Notes: generated by a model from the sequence alone, not told the origin. DNA of 61,847 bases, filler included, from Dugesia japonica (GCA_001938525.1; 6 parts of 6 records of this genome joined end to end with filler, not necessarily neighbours in it); one strand, 5' to 3'; shown: positions 12,900-26,106, counted from the first letter of the whole stretch. Numbers and translations are program-made.

Positions 12900-15090
12900 A
12901 ATGTTAGTCCCTTAGCTTTCATGCTAGTTTTTTCCTTTAGAAAACTGTAAAACTTCGGCCTCAAGTAAATTCATTCTTTGTATTATTCTTATTTCTGTCG
13001 TCCTAACAAACGAAATCAGATCAATAGTGTAAAAAAGGTGACTTATGTTATAGTTCGATGTTCCTAATAACATATCACTTATCATTAACGCCATACATCT
13101 GTCCAGTTTCATGTAATTAACCTCTAAAACAAAACTATCCGTTTCAATCAAGTACCGTTTGAGCAATTAAATTGGCCTATCAAAACACGAAACATCTTTA
13201 TTGAGTTGAACTGCTTTTAAATCTTTATCAATTTTAAATGTTCTCCTAAAATCTGATTTAGATGCGTATGGTAGCAATCCTCTAGCAGTATTAATGATCT
13301 TTATATTTATTCGCTTCTTTAAATTCTCTGCTGTTTTTCCGTGTACGACAGTATTTAACATTTTGTATTAATTTTATCTAACTCGTTTTTACTTTGTGAC
13401 CTTAGGTCTATGTTAATATCTATGTAATTATTAAAGATATTGGGGCATGTAAATTTCACTTCGTGTACTTTTGTTACTTGCACACTAAAATGAAGTAAAT
13501 TAGCTGCAGCATCCAGTGTACCACATAATTCTGCTTCGAAATAATGCCTCAACAAAATTTTCTTCACTTTACTAACTCGCGAGGGTTTAATATTCATTTA
13601 AACAATCACGTATCTCATTTGGAATAACCATACTCATATCTAATGCATATCTATACAACAGTGAATCCAAGTTCTTTGTTTTGCATTCTTCTGATGTTGC
13701 ATGCATATATAATCTTTATAAGACATTATTAGACTTAAACCTCACCCATACAATTTATTAATATCAATATACATAAACTTTGTATTTTCATCAGATATAA
13801 GATGGTGTTTATTGACAAAAGTGAGTCCTCTTCTGATTCCTACTTCAAAAAACGTATATATATGTCATTATTGATAAGTAATTCTATAGGTTCCTTAAGT
13901 ATCATAAAGGCCGATGCCAAACTCATCCCAGAAATACCAAAAAAAAATTTAATGCTTCCAGTCTATTATTTTTCAACGAGTTTTCTTGAAATTTTTGGAA
14001 ACAGTCAGCCAATAAAAAGACAAACCAACTTTAGATACACCACCATATTATCATGTAAATTATTACATCCGGTAATGTTTTGCATGATTCTTCACTCATT
14101 TTATTTAATCTCCGTGGTATGGTTGTTGTTTCTTTAAGTATTTTCAAACAGGTATCCAAATTATACGTAAACATCCCTTTCGATATAATTATCGTTGCGT
14201 TGATTTTATACAATTTCTGAAGAATCCAATGATGAATTAATCAATTGATTTGAATTAATAAATCGAATTGTTGCCGATTTTCTTCTTCTCAGTGGTTGTA
14301 AGAATACCTTTAATTTTCCAATTTGAAAATCTTAGTCCATACTTCAAAATATGTAGATCAAATCCTCTGAGATTATTGAAAACCACGTGTAACTACTTAT
14401 GTATTTTCCTATTTAAATTACAACTATTGCATGCAGCACTTTTATATTTCCCCGTGATATGATTATAGTCAAGAAAAAGATTTAATAATGATTTTCTACA
14501 TAAATAACAGCAGCAAATTCAATTTCTTGTGCAGGAATAATTGCCATTTTCTTGTGCCCGTTTCGAGGTTGCTCGTATAGATAGTTTACAATATTAGTAA
14601 TATTCTCAACTACAAACTCAAAAAAACAGTTATTCCCAAATCATTGACTGTGTTTGTTTGTCATCAGTTTGTGTAGTTGTCTACTAACAATGGTCCAGCT
14701 AAACTTGTGAAATGTTTCTGTAATAAATCGGATCCTTTGACAAAACTGTCTCAAAATCAACATTTACACAAATAATGGAGTTACTATCTTTAATACTTCG
14801 AACTTCAAATTAAGATCTGTTGGCATTTTGTACATGGTAGTTCTAGTTTGAAATTTTCTGCAAAGAGATTCATGTGTATTTCTACAATTAACACCATTTA
14901 AACAATTTGGAAACCAGAATGATCAAATTTGCACGTCATTTCTTTTTGTGTCCCCATTTATCAACATATTCAAATCCATTACTGCAGTGCAGTGGTAATT
15001 TTTACTTTTTTTAATAATTAAAGGTTAACTTTTTGCCGGTCTTCTAATTTTTATCGGAGCATAATATCCAAGTAAGGGTGCTTCATGACT
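12900..15090 (-). pseudogene. Protein-primed DNA polymerase B (pPolB) remnant with HNH/endonuclease VII-like insert
   Basis: Motifs in order: KVNLLII..NYH, DYNHITGKYKSAACNSCN, VFNNLRGFDLH, KGMFTY, FFEVGIRRG, YIDINKLYG, VVHGKTAENLKKR, ETDSF. Many stops and frameshifts. Confidence 0.85.
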
Positions 15091-15189
15091 ATATCATCAT
15101 CTCCAACTCTTTGTTAGTTCCAGAAGAAGACATTGATAGCATATTTAAAATTTTGCTTTTTAAATTTTTGTATATTTATTAGCATTATG

Positions 15190-15715
15190 ATAATATCCGT
15201 TTCGTCAAATACCAACTTAATCAGGAATTTTTTATAATTTGACACTCTACGCCTATGATTTCCATCAACTTATCTCATTTGAGAACAGCAAGTATACTGT
15301 AGATGAAGTAAATACTATTATAATTCTTAACATTAACTGTAGCTCCTTTCCTTTAAAAGTTTTTTGGAGTAGGAATGTTGTCTTTTAAAAATAAGTTTCA
15401 TTACCCCATTTGATTTTGATATTGTCGAATGAAACGACAACATCCTTAAACAGAGTGTGAAACATAAAGCAGCTCGCTACTAAACAAGTTTTTTCAAATT
15501 TAACAACAACCTTTACTTGTACATACACAAGTGTCATTCAAATCTAGATAATTAGTTTGCGACACATTTATCGTTCCTACATTATATTTACTTTCAAAAA
15601 TAAAATTCATTGGAAACATATCTTCACATGATCCATATTCAATAACACCTTGAGAAGTTGGATGATCAAAAATACATAATTCAGTTTTTCCACAAATCAT
15701 AGCTTTAATAGCCAT
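15190..15715 (-). pseudogene. Major capsid protein remnant (KSELDLF-type N-terminus), internally deleted
   Basis: GKTELCIFDHPTSQGVIE...YLDLNDT resembles the conserved N-terminus of Polinton double-jelly-roll capsids. Confidence 0.65.
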
Positions 15716-16052
15716 TCATTTGTTTGTTTATAATTGAATGCTTACGTTTTATTCCAGCACCTTTGAGTTTTGATTTATTTGTAGTGTTGCCTTTTGATAT
15801 TATTTTCGTTACATCTGAAGAATTTATTAAATAATTAAACTTGTCTATCATATTTGGCAAAAGTTTTGATTTATTATTTATTTCATCCTGCACAATTGTT
15901 ATTTCAATAGTTTCAATACGTTTAAGAATAGGTAAAGAAAATCAAACAATGTTTTGGACGCATCAAGATCCAAACTGTTTTTCTACGAAGTATACCAACT
16001 CTCCAACAGCTTGAATAGTACTATAAAGTTTAATAATATCAGAGTTAGACAT
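15705..16052 (-). pseudogene. Small Polinton core protein remnant
   Basis: QAVGELVYFVEKQFGS...FSLPILKR pattern, basic C-terminus, located between minor and major capsid genes. Confidence 0.45.
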
Positions 16053-16054
16053 TT

Positions 16055-16670
16055 TTATTTCGAAAATGCAGAGTTAAAATTTTGCGTTTTTGAGTCTTGA
16101 GCAAAATTTATTAATTCTCCACTATCACTTCGTATATTGATTTGCATATTATTTATACATGAAGTGGCAACCGATAAATACATTGGATTCTTGACTATTA
16201 TCTGAGCTACTTGATCATCTTCATAATTCTCCAACCATACAGATCTCAACAAATGAACATTAACATCAGTAATAGATATCGGTTCAACAATATTAGTACA
16301 GGTGAATATTTGATGATTTTTGGAGGATTAATTTTGGATATTTAACACCAATGCATCACGAGTATATATTTTTCTGTCTAATTTAAATGATTTTGCAAAT
16401 AGATTGTTAACCCTTTCACTGCAGTGTATTCAATTAGATACACTTGAATTTCCTGATAGACAGTATGGATAAGTTTGTCATATTACATATCATTTTAAAA
16501 GGTCTAATTAGGTCAATCATATACATGAAATGTTTTGATTTCAAATTTTTCACACATAACGTTATAAGTGTTTTAGAGCGCAGTAATGTGAATATGTTAT
16601 ACCGTCGAGTTTCCCTGAGGGCTTTAAAGTTTATCATACAGTCGTAAACTACGAAAGAATATAACAATCA
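16055..16670 (-). pseudogene. Minor capsid (penton) remnant
   Basis: CTNIVEPISITDVNVHLLRSV...NPMYLSV...INIRSDSGELINF matches the Polinton penton C-terminal pattern. Confidence 0.7.
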
Positions 16671-17969
16671 ACAATTATATAACCAAATTGTGAAAAATTA
16701 AAATTTATATTTGATTTTTAATGAATTTTATGTTAAGAATATTAGAATTTTCAAAAGTCATCTTTATGAAAGAAATTTTTGTTTATTTTCAAAACTTTGT
16801 TAAGTAATCTTTATGTATTATTTGAGTCCAAAATTTCAAATATGCGCTCGCTGGGAGTAAAATGGTTAAATATAACAATTTTAACCTTTTACAACAACGA
16901 ATATCAGAATGATTCATCATTATTATAGTTAATGTTTTGGAAATTTGCCTGCACATTTAAATTTAAATTTGATATGTAATACTTGTTTGGTAAAGATATG
17001 AATTTTTCTGTTTCTATTGAAAAAAACTAATTTTATTTTCATAATATCAATCGAATCATCGTTTTGAAAGTATTGATATGGTATGATACAATATGTATCT
17101 ATATCATTCTTTAAATTATTAAATCAAAGTCATTTGGTATTTTCTAAATTGTTAAATATTACAACATAATCATGATGTTTTAATGTGATTAGGAATTATT
17201 ATTTATTAATTACCTCAACATCATGAACCATAAATGTTGTTTCTTTGTTATTTATTATTTCTATATTCCTCTCATAATCATCACCTATTACATTTTTTAT
17301 ATATAGTTATTATATAATTGAAAGGAAGAATATATAAAAGTAAAGTCCATCAAAGCTATTTCACATTGTTAATTCACGTAAATAAAATTTTGAAAGTAAA
17401 CATTTACATAGTAATCCTACAGTCACAGTCACAGTCACAATATTTTAATATTTTAATTTAAATTATGTGTTTTTAGTGTTATTCTAATGTAAATTGTGTT
17501 ATTTCTATGTTTCAAAAGTTTATCATGTTAATATTTATCTACGTAAATAGGTTAATTTTCAAGCAATTTTGAGAATTTAAAATTTCAATTAATTAATTTT
17601 AACTTAAACCAAAACATGTGTACATTTTCCATCGAATTTTTATCAGAAAAGGAAGCATTTTAAACTAGAAGTGCATTAAGCAATTTATAAGTAGATTTTT
17701 ATTCTAATTTTAATGGAGTTAAAATAATATTATGACATGGGGTAGATGTGAGTGCATGATCGCAGCCCCCCCACATAGCTAAAAAACATAACACCTGCGA
17801 TATACGACCATAATGGTTATGGTGGATTTATTGATTAGTGATTTTTGATTGGTACAGATTTTAGATCGTAATTTTTTGATATCATTTAAATCGAAAACAT
17901 TTGTTTTATTGTTTAAAATATGCAGAACTTTAAATTTTTGGAAAACCTACATTTTATTATATAGATGAA

Positions 17970-18114
17970 TATGAATATAGATGTTTATATACAATTCTAT
18001 TTGGATAACCATTATTTAGAAATTATATTTATAATAAAAAATATTGATAAAAAATAAATTTCTAAATAATGGTTATCCAAATAGAATTGTATATAAACAT
18101 CTATACTCAAATAC
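17970..18114. repeat. ~55-bp inverted repeat, possibly a Penelope-like RT remnant
   Basis: 17970-18023 is the reverse complement of 18058-18114; the arm reads FLNNGYPNRIV (NGYP is typical of PLE RT). Confidence 0.6.
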
Positions 18115-18115
18115 A

Positions 18116-18215
18116 NNNNNNNNNNNNNNNNNNNNNNNNNNNNNNNNNNNNNNNNNNNNTTAATTAATTAANNNNNNNNNNNNNNNNNNNNNNNNNNNNN
18201 NNNNNNNNNNNNNNN
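18116..18215. other. Artificial contig spacer
   Basis: N44-TTAATTAATTAA-N44. Confidence 0.97.
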
Positions 18216-19621
18216 TAAAAATAATATTAAAAAAGAATCAGAAATAAAAGATCAAAAAGTTGACAACCAATTTAAAACTAAATTTTCAATCAATCAAATT
18301 GAGATAAATAAAAATTTTAAAGAAAATGATTTTAAATGTGAAAAATTAATTGAAGAAAATAAAAATTTTAAATTTAATTTAGAAGAATTTAAAATAGTCA
18401 AAAGTATTTATATAAGATATGGTGGAATGTCGATGAAATTTGTAAGAATGGCTTCTGAGTTTCAAAATAAAACAACTCCAGAAGCAATTAGTCATTTCAA
18501 AGCAATAGAAATATTCACAAAAAGTTTGAATAGTGATTATTTTAAAGAAATCAAAGAAAGATATGAAGAACTAGTAAAGATTTANNNNNNNNNNNNNNNN
18601 NNNNNNNNNNNNNNNNNNNNNNNNNNNNNNNNNNNNNNNNNNNNNNNAATGTAAAGATTATCCAAATATTTTATGATTTACTATTATGAAATTCTAATAA
18701 TATTTTATCCACTTGATATTAATTGTTCGTCCGGTCATCGCTTGTGACTTTTTCTTTTAAGTGTCAAATATATGAATTTCTTGAGGATTTTGCGTTGAGC
18801 TCAATGCGTTATTAACAATAGAATTTCATCACAAATATCTCGAAAAACATTTACTTTTAATAATGTTTAAATTTTCTACAAAAGATTAATTTCTTCATTT
18901 ATAATAAACAATATTTTATCAGTTATAATTTATAAAAAAATAAAATCTATTTTGTTAATATTAATGAAGACTAATTAACTGCATTCCGATTAAAAGTTTC
19001 TAACTTTGATTTGTGGTAGACATTCTACGATTACAAACTAGGATTAAAAACTTCCTAATTTTAATAATCATTTTTGTTAAATCTATTAAATTAATAATAA
19101 ATTTTTAATTTATTCTTTTAGTTTTTAAATTTTATATTAAATCAATTTCTCAATTTTTACCGGAATTGGGATAATTTCTAAATGTAAATTTATTAAATTT
19201 GTATGGCAACAAATGAAGACTCATTTGTAACTGTTTTAATTCAAATTTTTCTGTCTTTCATTATTATGAACATTCCATAAAACCAGAAAATAATCATTGA
19301 GAAAATAATTAAAGATTTTTCCATTTATTTCAATCTTGATTCTTTAATTCTCTAATTTTCTTTCCAAATATAATAGGTAAAGCATCCTATTTTGTGTCCA
19401 TATGTGACTGTTAATTATATTTTGATAATTTAAAATAACTAACCAAAGAGCACACTTACACAAAGGAATTATCCAATAAATGTTGCCGATCATTAGTTGA
19501 AATTAGTTGAAATCTGTTTATTAAAACAGTCAAAATAGTCAATGCCCAAGTCGTTATACTATTATAACGTTATAAAAACAAATGCTCTCGTCATCCACAG
19601 TTCATGAGCTCATCATGTTCA

Positions 19622-19900
19622 TTATATTCAATTTAAAACCGATTTGTATATAAAAGATATAAAACAAATAAATGATTATATTAAGAAAAAACCTTCAATG
19701 TTATTTAAAGGTTTTTCATTAAAACAAGATGAACTATTTAAATTTGCATTGGCAAATAAAACTAAAAGTTTAATTCTTAATTAAACTTAATTAAGTTTTA
19801 ATTAATTAAGTTTAAAAGCTTAATTAAGTTTAAAAACTTAATTCGATAAAATCTTAACAAAAACATTAGGATTAAATGAATCGCAATATACTCGATTACA
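19622..19900 (+). repeat. Inverted duplicate of 20229-20440 with TTAA-rich filler
   Basis: Alignable by eye to the reverse complement of 20229-20440; ~70 bp of ttaattaag-type filler inserted at ~19770-19840. Confidence 0.85.
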
Positions 19901-19919
19901 TTCATTAATTCATTATTAA

Positions 19920-20560
19920 TTTTTCTAAAATGTAACGTTAAAGGAGTTTTTGAATCTTCAGCAAAATTGACTAGTTTTCCACTATCATCACATATATTGA
20001 TATCTATATTGTTTATATATGATGAAGAAATAAATTAGATTATCAACAATTATTTAAACTATTTCATCATCCTTGTGTTTTTCTATCCATACTGCTTTAA
20101 ATAAAGAAACATTAACGTTCATTACAATTATAGGTTCAACCATACTACAATAGATGAACATTTCCTTATAAGACTTTAATATTCTAGGTTTTTTGATACT
20201 TTCATTCTGTAGTTGTTCATCACCAATATGTGATCGAGTATATTGCGATTCTTTTAATCCTAATGTTTTGGTTAAGACTTTATTGAATTTAACACTTTTA
20301 GTTTTATTTGCCAATGCAAATTTAAATAGTTCATCTTATTTTAATGAAAAGGTTTTAAATAACATTGAAAGGTTTTTTTTAATATAATCATTTAGTTGTT
20401 TTATATCTTTTATATACAAATCAGTTTCAAATTGAAAATAATGTTTAGTTACAATTACATAATAATATTTAATATTTATTTGTTCAATGGAATAATCGTT
20501 TTTAAAGGTATGAAAGCGAATAATAAAAGTTTTATCACCAATATGTTTACTAGTATCCAG
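19920..20560 (-). pseudogene. Polinton minor capsid (penton) remnant, family A-like
   Basis: EMFIYCSMVEPIIVMNVNVSLFKAVWIEKHKDDEIV...SLTLHF; homologous to 16055-16330. Confidence 0.7.
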
Positions 20561-20829
20561 ATTTACAATATTATCTGATTGGGTTACTTAAGCTCTATTG
20601 TACAAAATGTATCAAATGATAAACTATGGAATTTAATAACACTACTAAAGTATATCATATTTTTGTTCCTTAATTGTATAACGGTTTCCTTATTATTTTG
20701 ATATTTGTCTTTACTATACAAGCACTTTGTTTTCTTTATGATTAACAACAATTGATAGTTCCTTCTCAATTAGTTTAAATAATTCATATACAATCCTTGA
20801 TTGACTGTAAATCGGCCTGGCTAAATATC

Positions 20830-21290
20830 CGAAGATGAAATCTATCATAGCAACTTCCAAACTACCATCCATGTAAATAAACAAAAGTTTGATCTCTAGG
20901 ATTTTTGAATAGAACCAAATATTGCACGTTTAAATTACTGGTTTTATGACTACATCTTTGATGAAATAAATTTTGAGTAATAAATATCACAGTAACTTTA
21001 TTTTGTTTCGATATCTTTGTGAATACATTATTGAAATCTTTTCCTTTATTTTCTTCCTGATACAAATCATCAAGAACGATAACATCACCTGGTCTTAATC
21101 TTTTGTTCCAATTTTTTTGTATAAATTAGCAAGAATAGTCAACTGTTTCTTCGAACCAAAGTAATTTCCTGCTTTAAGACTTGTAAAATATGACACTTTA
21201 TGTGTAAATGTGTTCCCAACGGGCAAACTAGTATTATTATGACTTCAAATATTGTATTTTCAAGGATATCTGAATAACATTACTTCAGAT
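20830..21290 (-). pseudogene. Polinton A32-like packaging ATPase remnant, family A-like
   Basis: VIVLDDL (Walker B), FTKISKQNKVTVIFITQNLF, NVQYLVLFKNPRD. Confidence 0.8.
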
Positions 21291-21377
21291 TTATTCAATT
21301 TGCTTGAGAAAATTAAGAAAAATTGCAACACGGTTGTAAAAAAATAATTTAATTACAAAAAATATCAATAAAAACTT

Positions 21378-21640
21378 AGATTTCATTAAAATAAGAAAAG
21401 GCTTCGATCAAAATAAAATTTATTTGTAAAAAGGTTCAAACCTTCGACAATAGTCTTCTTCAGGAACATCTGATGTTCCTGAAGAAGACTATTGTCGAAA
21501 ATTTGAACTTTTTTACNNNNNNNNNNNNNNNNNNNNNNNNNNNNNNNNNNNNNNNNNNNNNNNNNNTTAATGAAATCTCAAATGCGATCAATGGTTAAGT
21601 CCAACAATTATTCTCACAATAATTGTAATTATAAAAATTT
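21378..21640. mobile_element. Penelope-like inverted pseudo-LTR remnant
   Basis: Perfect palindrome 21443-21499 (28-bp arms), extending imperfectly across the N gap; shares sequence with 8180-8362 and 48990-49080. Confidence 0.55.
21475..21508 (+). ncRNA. Putative minimal type I hammerhead ribozyme motif (mirror copy on minus strand 21434-21467)
   Basis: GUUC-CUGAAGA-A-GAC UAUU GUC-GAAA-AU-UU-GAAC. Confidence 0.55.
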
Positions 21641-21959
21641 AGATATTTAATTTTCAAATAATTAATATATTACGTTGTGGTTTTGAATATATATATATTT
21701 CATTTAATTATTATTTTCTTGTAAAATTAAATTAAAATGATTAAACGAAAATCATCTATGAAGGAATTTGAAAAGGATTTTATGAAGACAGGTTGAATAT
21801 TTATTATTTTGTTATTGTATTAAAAAATTTAATTTAAATATTTTAGAAAAAAGGGGATTAATAGACGAAGAAAGGAAACCAATGCTTCCATACTCAGTAG
21901 TAAATCGGTATATGGCAGCCAATTTTTGTGCACCTTACTGTATTGTGTGATTCCTTGAT

Positions 21960-22403
21960 AACTCCATTAGAAGTTATACAATGGTTTATAGAAAAAAAGT
22001 ATTTTTCATATAAACCAAGATTAGTTAATGTAGTTTTAAGTATTCAACCAAATGAAATTATTCCTTGTGATAAATTATCTAAACAGAAAAAGAATTTAAT
22101 AATTTTTGATGATGTGGAAAATGTAAAAGACCCAGAAATCCAGAAAAGTTTTTTTACTAGAAGAAGACGTGTAAATTGTAATGTTATTTATATTTCACAA
22201 ACTTATTTTTATTTGACAAAAACTCTATTAAAAATAATTGTAATTGTTTTATATTTTTCAAATTAAATAAAACTGATAAAGATAATGTTTAGTATGATTT
22301 ATTTAGTAATATTTTTTCTAATAAAATGGAATATGATTATGAAGTTAATTTACACTGGAAAACAAATTATAACTACTATTATTTAAATTGAGAAGCAGGT
22401 GTA
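21960..22403 (+). pseudogene. A32-like packaging ATPase, 3' half
   Basis: PNEIIPCDKLSK, IIFDDV, FFTRRRRVNCNVIYISQTYF; close paralog of 56327-57079. Confidence 0.88.
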
Positions 22404-22483
22404 TTGATTGAAGATCTTTTTAAAATGGCCCCGAGTAGAAAGCGTGATTTCAAGAGTGAAAATTTCTCGCCGAGAAACGGTTT

Positions 22484-22930
22484 TTAGTTTTTTTCATGGG
22501 ACCCTTCGGGATCTTCTACATTTAAAATTACTACATCTAAAATTATTTTATCTTGATTTAAAATTTCTTCTACTCTTTTTAAATTATTATTTAACTGATG
22601 TAAAGATAATGTACAATTAAATAATATTGGGAAACGTTTACATAAATTATAATATTTTATTAATTTAGTAATATATGGATAAGAATAGTTTATATCATTA
22701 TCTTGTAAGATTTTCATAAGTTCATATTTTTTTCTTTCAACTTTTTTATCTAAAATTTTAAAATATCTTCCTAAATTATAATAAACTTTATTTGATTTAT
22801 TCTTCACGTTAATTAAATTGGAATCTAATGTTTTAATATTAATAATTAATGAATCTATACATGTATTCTGTTTAATTGGTATAATCTCAGGTAAATCAAT
22901 TTTAGTACTTTTAAAGGATTTTAAAAACAA
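22484..22930 (-). CDS. Polinton accessory protein of unknown function (true start probably upstream)
   Basis: 148-codon open frame within the element; no recognised domain. Confidence 0.5.
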   Translation of the reverse strand: MFLKSFKSTKIDLPEIIPIKQNTCIDSLIINIKTLDSNLINVKNKSNKVYYNLGRYFKILDKKVERKKYELMKILQDNDINYSYPYITKLIKYYNLCKRFPILFNCTLSLHQLNNNLKRVEEILNQDKIILDVVILNVEDPEGSHEKN

Positions 22931-23567
22931 TTCTTTGAAATCTTTATTTCTAGATTGTATACTTGTATATATACTTGTATACTTGTATAAATACTTGTGT
23001 ACTTGTTAAAGGTAAAGTTGATGATGGAAATAATATTGAAAGTAATGGTTGTTCTGTTGTTTGTTCTAGCTTAAATTCAATAAATACTTTATCTATATCT
23101 TCAGGTTCTTTAGGTTGGGATTCTCTGGGATGAGCCTATATGAGATAGAGCCCTTTGGGATGTTCATATTTATTATTATATTCAAGCAAACTTCTAGATT
23201 CTGGTTTATATACATATATACTATTTTGGGTTCGATTGAGGTTTTCAAATTCAAATTCAACTNNNNNTTCAAATTCAACTTTAGGTTTAGGTTCAACGTT
23301 AGGTTCAAATTTGACTTGGGTCTTTTTAAGATGATTAGTTGTATGGGCCCCTTTTGGATGGGTCTCTTTGGGATGTTCAAATCTTATATCATCTTTAAAT
23401 CTTTTAATATATTCATATATATGGTTAAAACAATTACAGTATTAATGGTCTTCAATAAAAATTTCCAAACTATTTTTATCTTGAAAAAAATCTGTTATTT
23501 CTTTCTTCATTATTCTTTCCTTGTCATCATATTCCATTTTTATTAATAAAATATTTAGCTTAACAAA

Positions 23568-24085
23568 ATGTCTCCAGTATCAGAAAAAGAATTAATTGAT
23601 TTGGTAAATTTAAATAAATGTAAATCTGTAAAAATTAATAGTAAAACTATTGGATTGGTAGTAAAGTTAAAGAAGAAATAAAAAAGAAACTGGCAAGCGA
23701 TAAAGGCGGATTATTTCCTTTATTTAGATTAATTCCTGGGATAATTGCTGGAATAACAACTGCGGCTGGAACTACCGCGGCTATCGCTGGAGCAGCTTCT
23801 GGTATAGCTTTTACTGTAAGTAATTCCAGAGATGCAATTAAAAAACAAAAAGAAATTGAATTAGTTGAGTTACAGAAAAAAAATTTAGAAAATAAATTAG
23901 AAGCAAATTAAACTGGTTCAGGACTTTACTTAAAACCTTATCAAGGTTCTGCAATTCATAAATATTTTAAAAACAGTTTACCAAAGTCAGAGTTGAAAAT
24001 GATTACTAAAAACTTTAAAAATGGAATACAANTTAAAGTAAAAGGTGATGGTTTATATTTAAAACCTTATGAAAATCCTAAATAA
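23568..24085 (+). pseudogene. Polinton core / membrane-active protein (pX-like)
   Basis: DKGG-LFPLFRLIPGIIAGITTAAG Gly/Ala-rich amphipathic segment followed by two GxGLYLKPY motifs; has a stop and a frameshift; homolog at 54812-55116. Confidence 0.65.
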
Positions 24086-24086
24086 A

Positions 24087-24936
24087 ATGGATAATGAACA
24101 AATGACAACAAGAATAAACTTTTGAAAGAATTAATTAAAGCTCAAGATGACTATGATCATTTATTTATTACAGGAGTAATTGAATCAAAAGTTTTACAAG
24201 ACACTTTAACTGTTCAACAACAACTTATTATTAAAGCAATTGAAAATTTAAGCACAAACCCTAAAGGGGCCCAAACAAAACCCACAAACCCTTTTGAAAA
24301 TAGAATTCCATTCTTTTCAAGTAATATTATAAATACTGAATTTTTAAAATCTCCAAAAAATGTACCTATATTTGAAACAGAAGTTATTGATAATAAAAAC
24401 TTTTATCCTAAATTTATCCTAATCTTAAATGATCACAAACAGTAATATATTTATTTGAAGAAAATGGAAGGAAATACTTTTTAAATAACCAAGAACTAAA
24501 TCCTTATTCTGAAGAAGTAATGAATTGAATTTTCGGAAATGGAAGTAATGATCTAGAAGCTAAAACTATTTATTTAAATAAGTTTAATATTACAGTTCAT
24601 CCTAATTCTAAATATTATAAATTCTTAGCTGGAGAAAAAGAAACTCCTTTCAGTCGCAAGCGAGAGCGAGCTCCTGAAACTTCTAAAATACCAAAGCTTA
24701 AAAATGAAATCCCAGTTGAAAAAGAAATTATAGGTGATGGTTTAGAATTAGATCATAAAAACGAAAGTGATCGTGAATCTCAAGACAAGGCGATCCAGTT
24801 TCTTTATTTGAAATTAACATTATTAATTGCAGTTGTAAAAGCAGATTATAATAATTTAAACAAAGAAATTAAATTTGTTTGTAAAGAATTATTAAACCAG
24901 GAGTTAATTATCAAAGAAAATTATAATGTTTTTTAA
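24087..24936 (+). pseudogene. Conserved Polinton virion-associated protein
   Basis: C-terminal LKLTLLIAVVKADYNNLNKEIKFVCKELL resembles the RLxLLxAxxxAGNN..EI motif; N-terminal homolog at 55097-55560. Confidence 0.55.
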
Positions 24937-24960
24937 AAATAAATATTTTATATAAATAAA

Positions 24961-25639
24961 ATGTCTCATCAATTTTTAGTTATTGGTAAAGAGTCTGATT
25001 TAAAAGTAGATTTAAGATTTCCAATAGAATTAGATTTAGACTATGAAATGGCTTTATTATCTTTTAGTTGTTATAATATAATTTTTAATGTTACTAATAA
25101 AAATAATACTTTTGAATTAAACAAAGAACAAAAAACGAGCTACGCAAATGTAATTATTGGACCAGGTGCTTATGAAATTAAAGAAATCTCTAGTAAATTA
25201 AAAGATCATGGAATTGAAATTGTTCCTGATCTTTCAACAACAAAATGTACTTTAACAACAAAACATTCTCTCAAGTTTAATAATTTTCATTTTTCATACA
25301 ATCTCAGGTTTTTTACCTAAAGATTACTTACCAGGAAAATACTATTCAGAAAACAAAGTTGATATTCTAAACCTTAATATGATAAATATTACTTGTAATT
25401 TAATCAAAGGTAGTTATATCAACAACTTACCAATGAATTTGTTATATTCTTTTCCAGTAAATATTGTAGGTTTTGGTTATAAAATTATAGAAAGACCTTC
25501 AACTCCTATTTATTCAAGATTAAACTGCAAATTTATTGATTCTTTAAAATTTAATATTATAGATGAAAATAATAATCCAATTGATTTTGATGGAGAAACT
25601 ATTTCTTTATTAGTTCATATTAGAAAATGTCGTTCATAA
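24961..25639 (+). pseudogene. Minor capsid protein (penton), one frameshift
   Basis: PIELDLDYEMAL, NVTNKNNTF, GPGAYEI, INITCNLIKGSYIN, GYKIIERP, IIDENNNPIDFDGE. Confidence 0.85.
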
Positions 25640-26106
25640 ACTCAGTCTTAGATTTTTTAAAAACAATTGGAATAAATACTAAAACTAATTTTGATTTGTA
25701 TTCAATTGCTGATTTTTTAAATTTAGAACTTGAGGTATTAATCAAAGATTAAATCCCAAAGGGTCCCTTCCAAGACATGCATGTCTCGCTTTCCCCTAAA
25801 GATAAAAGTAAAATGAGCTTGAAAGATAAAGAAAATAAATCGGCTCTGGAGGGCCAAATAATTATTTATTATCAAAATTCAAATCAAAAAGGAACTCTTT
25901 GGTTTGCTTTTCATAACAGTCTTATGGCTTAAAACCTTTTAAAGAAATTGAAAAACATGTAAAAGTATATAATAAAATTCTAGTTCAACCTTTTGGAACT
26001 AGTATTTGCGGAATTTTGTGTTTATATTTTTTTATATTCACTTGCATACAAATCCTTTGATGAAATCTTTGAAGAATTATATGATACCTTTAGAGACTTA
26101 CTTTAA
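25627..26106 (+). pseudogene. Adenain-like cysteine maturation protease
   Basis: Manual translation: YQNSNQKGTLW (GTHW, catalytic His mutated), SYGLKP, VQPFGTSICGILCLYFL (Q...CG). Not present in the ORF track. Confidence 0.8.

Larger units (their letters stand above)
12900..16700 (-). mobile_element. Highly decayed Polinton/Maverick fragment (family A)
   Basis: Co-oriented remnants of minor capsid, core protein, major capsid and pPolB; termini not identified. Confidence 0.8.
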
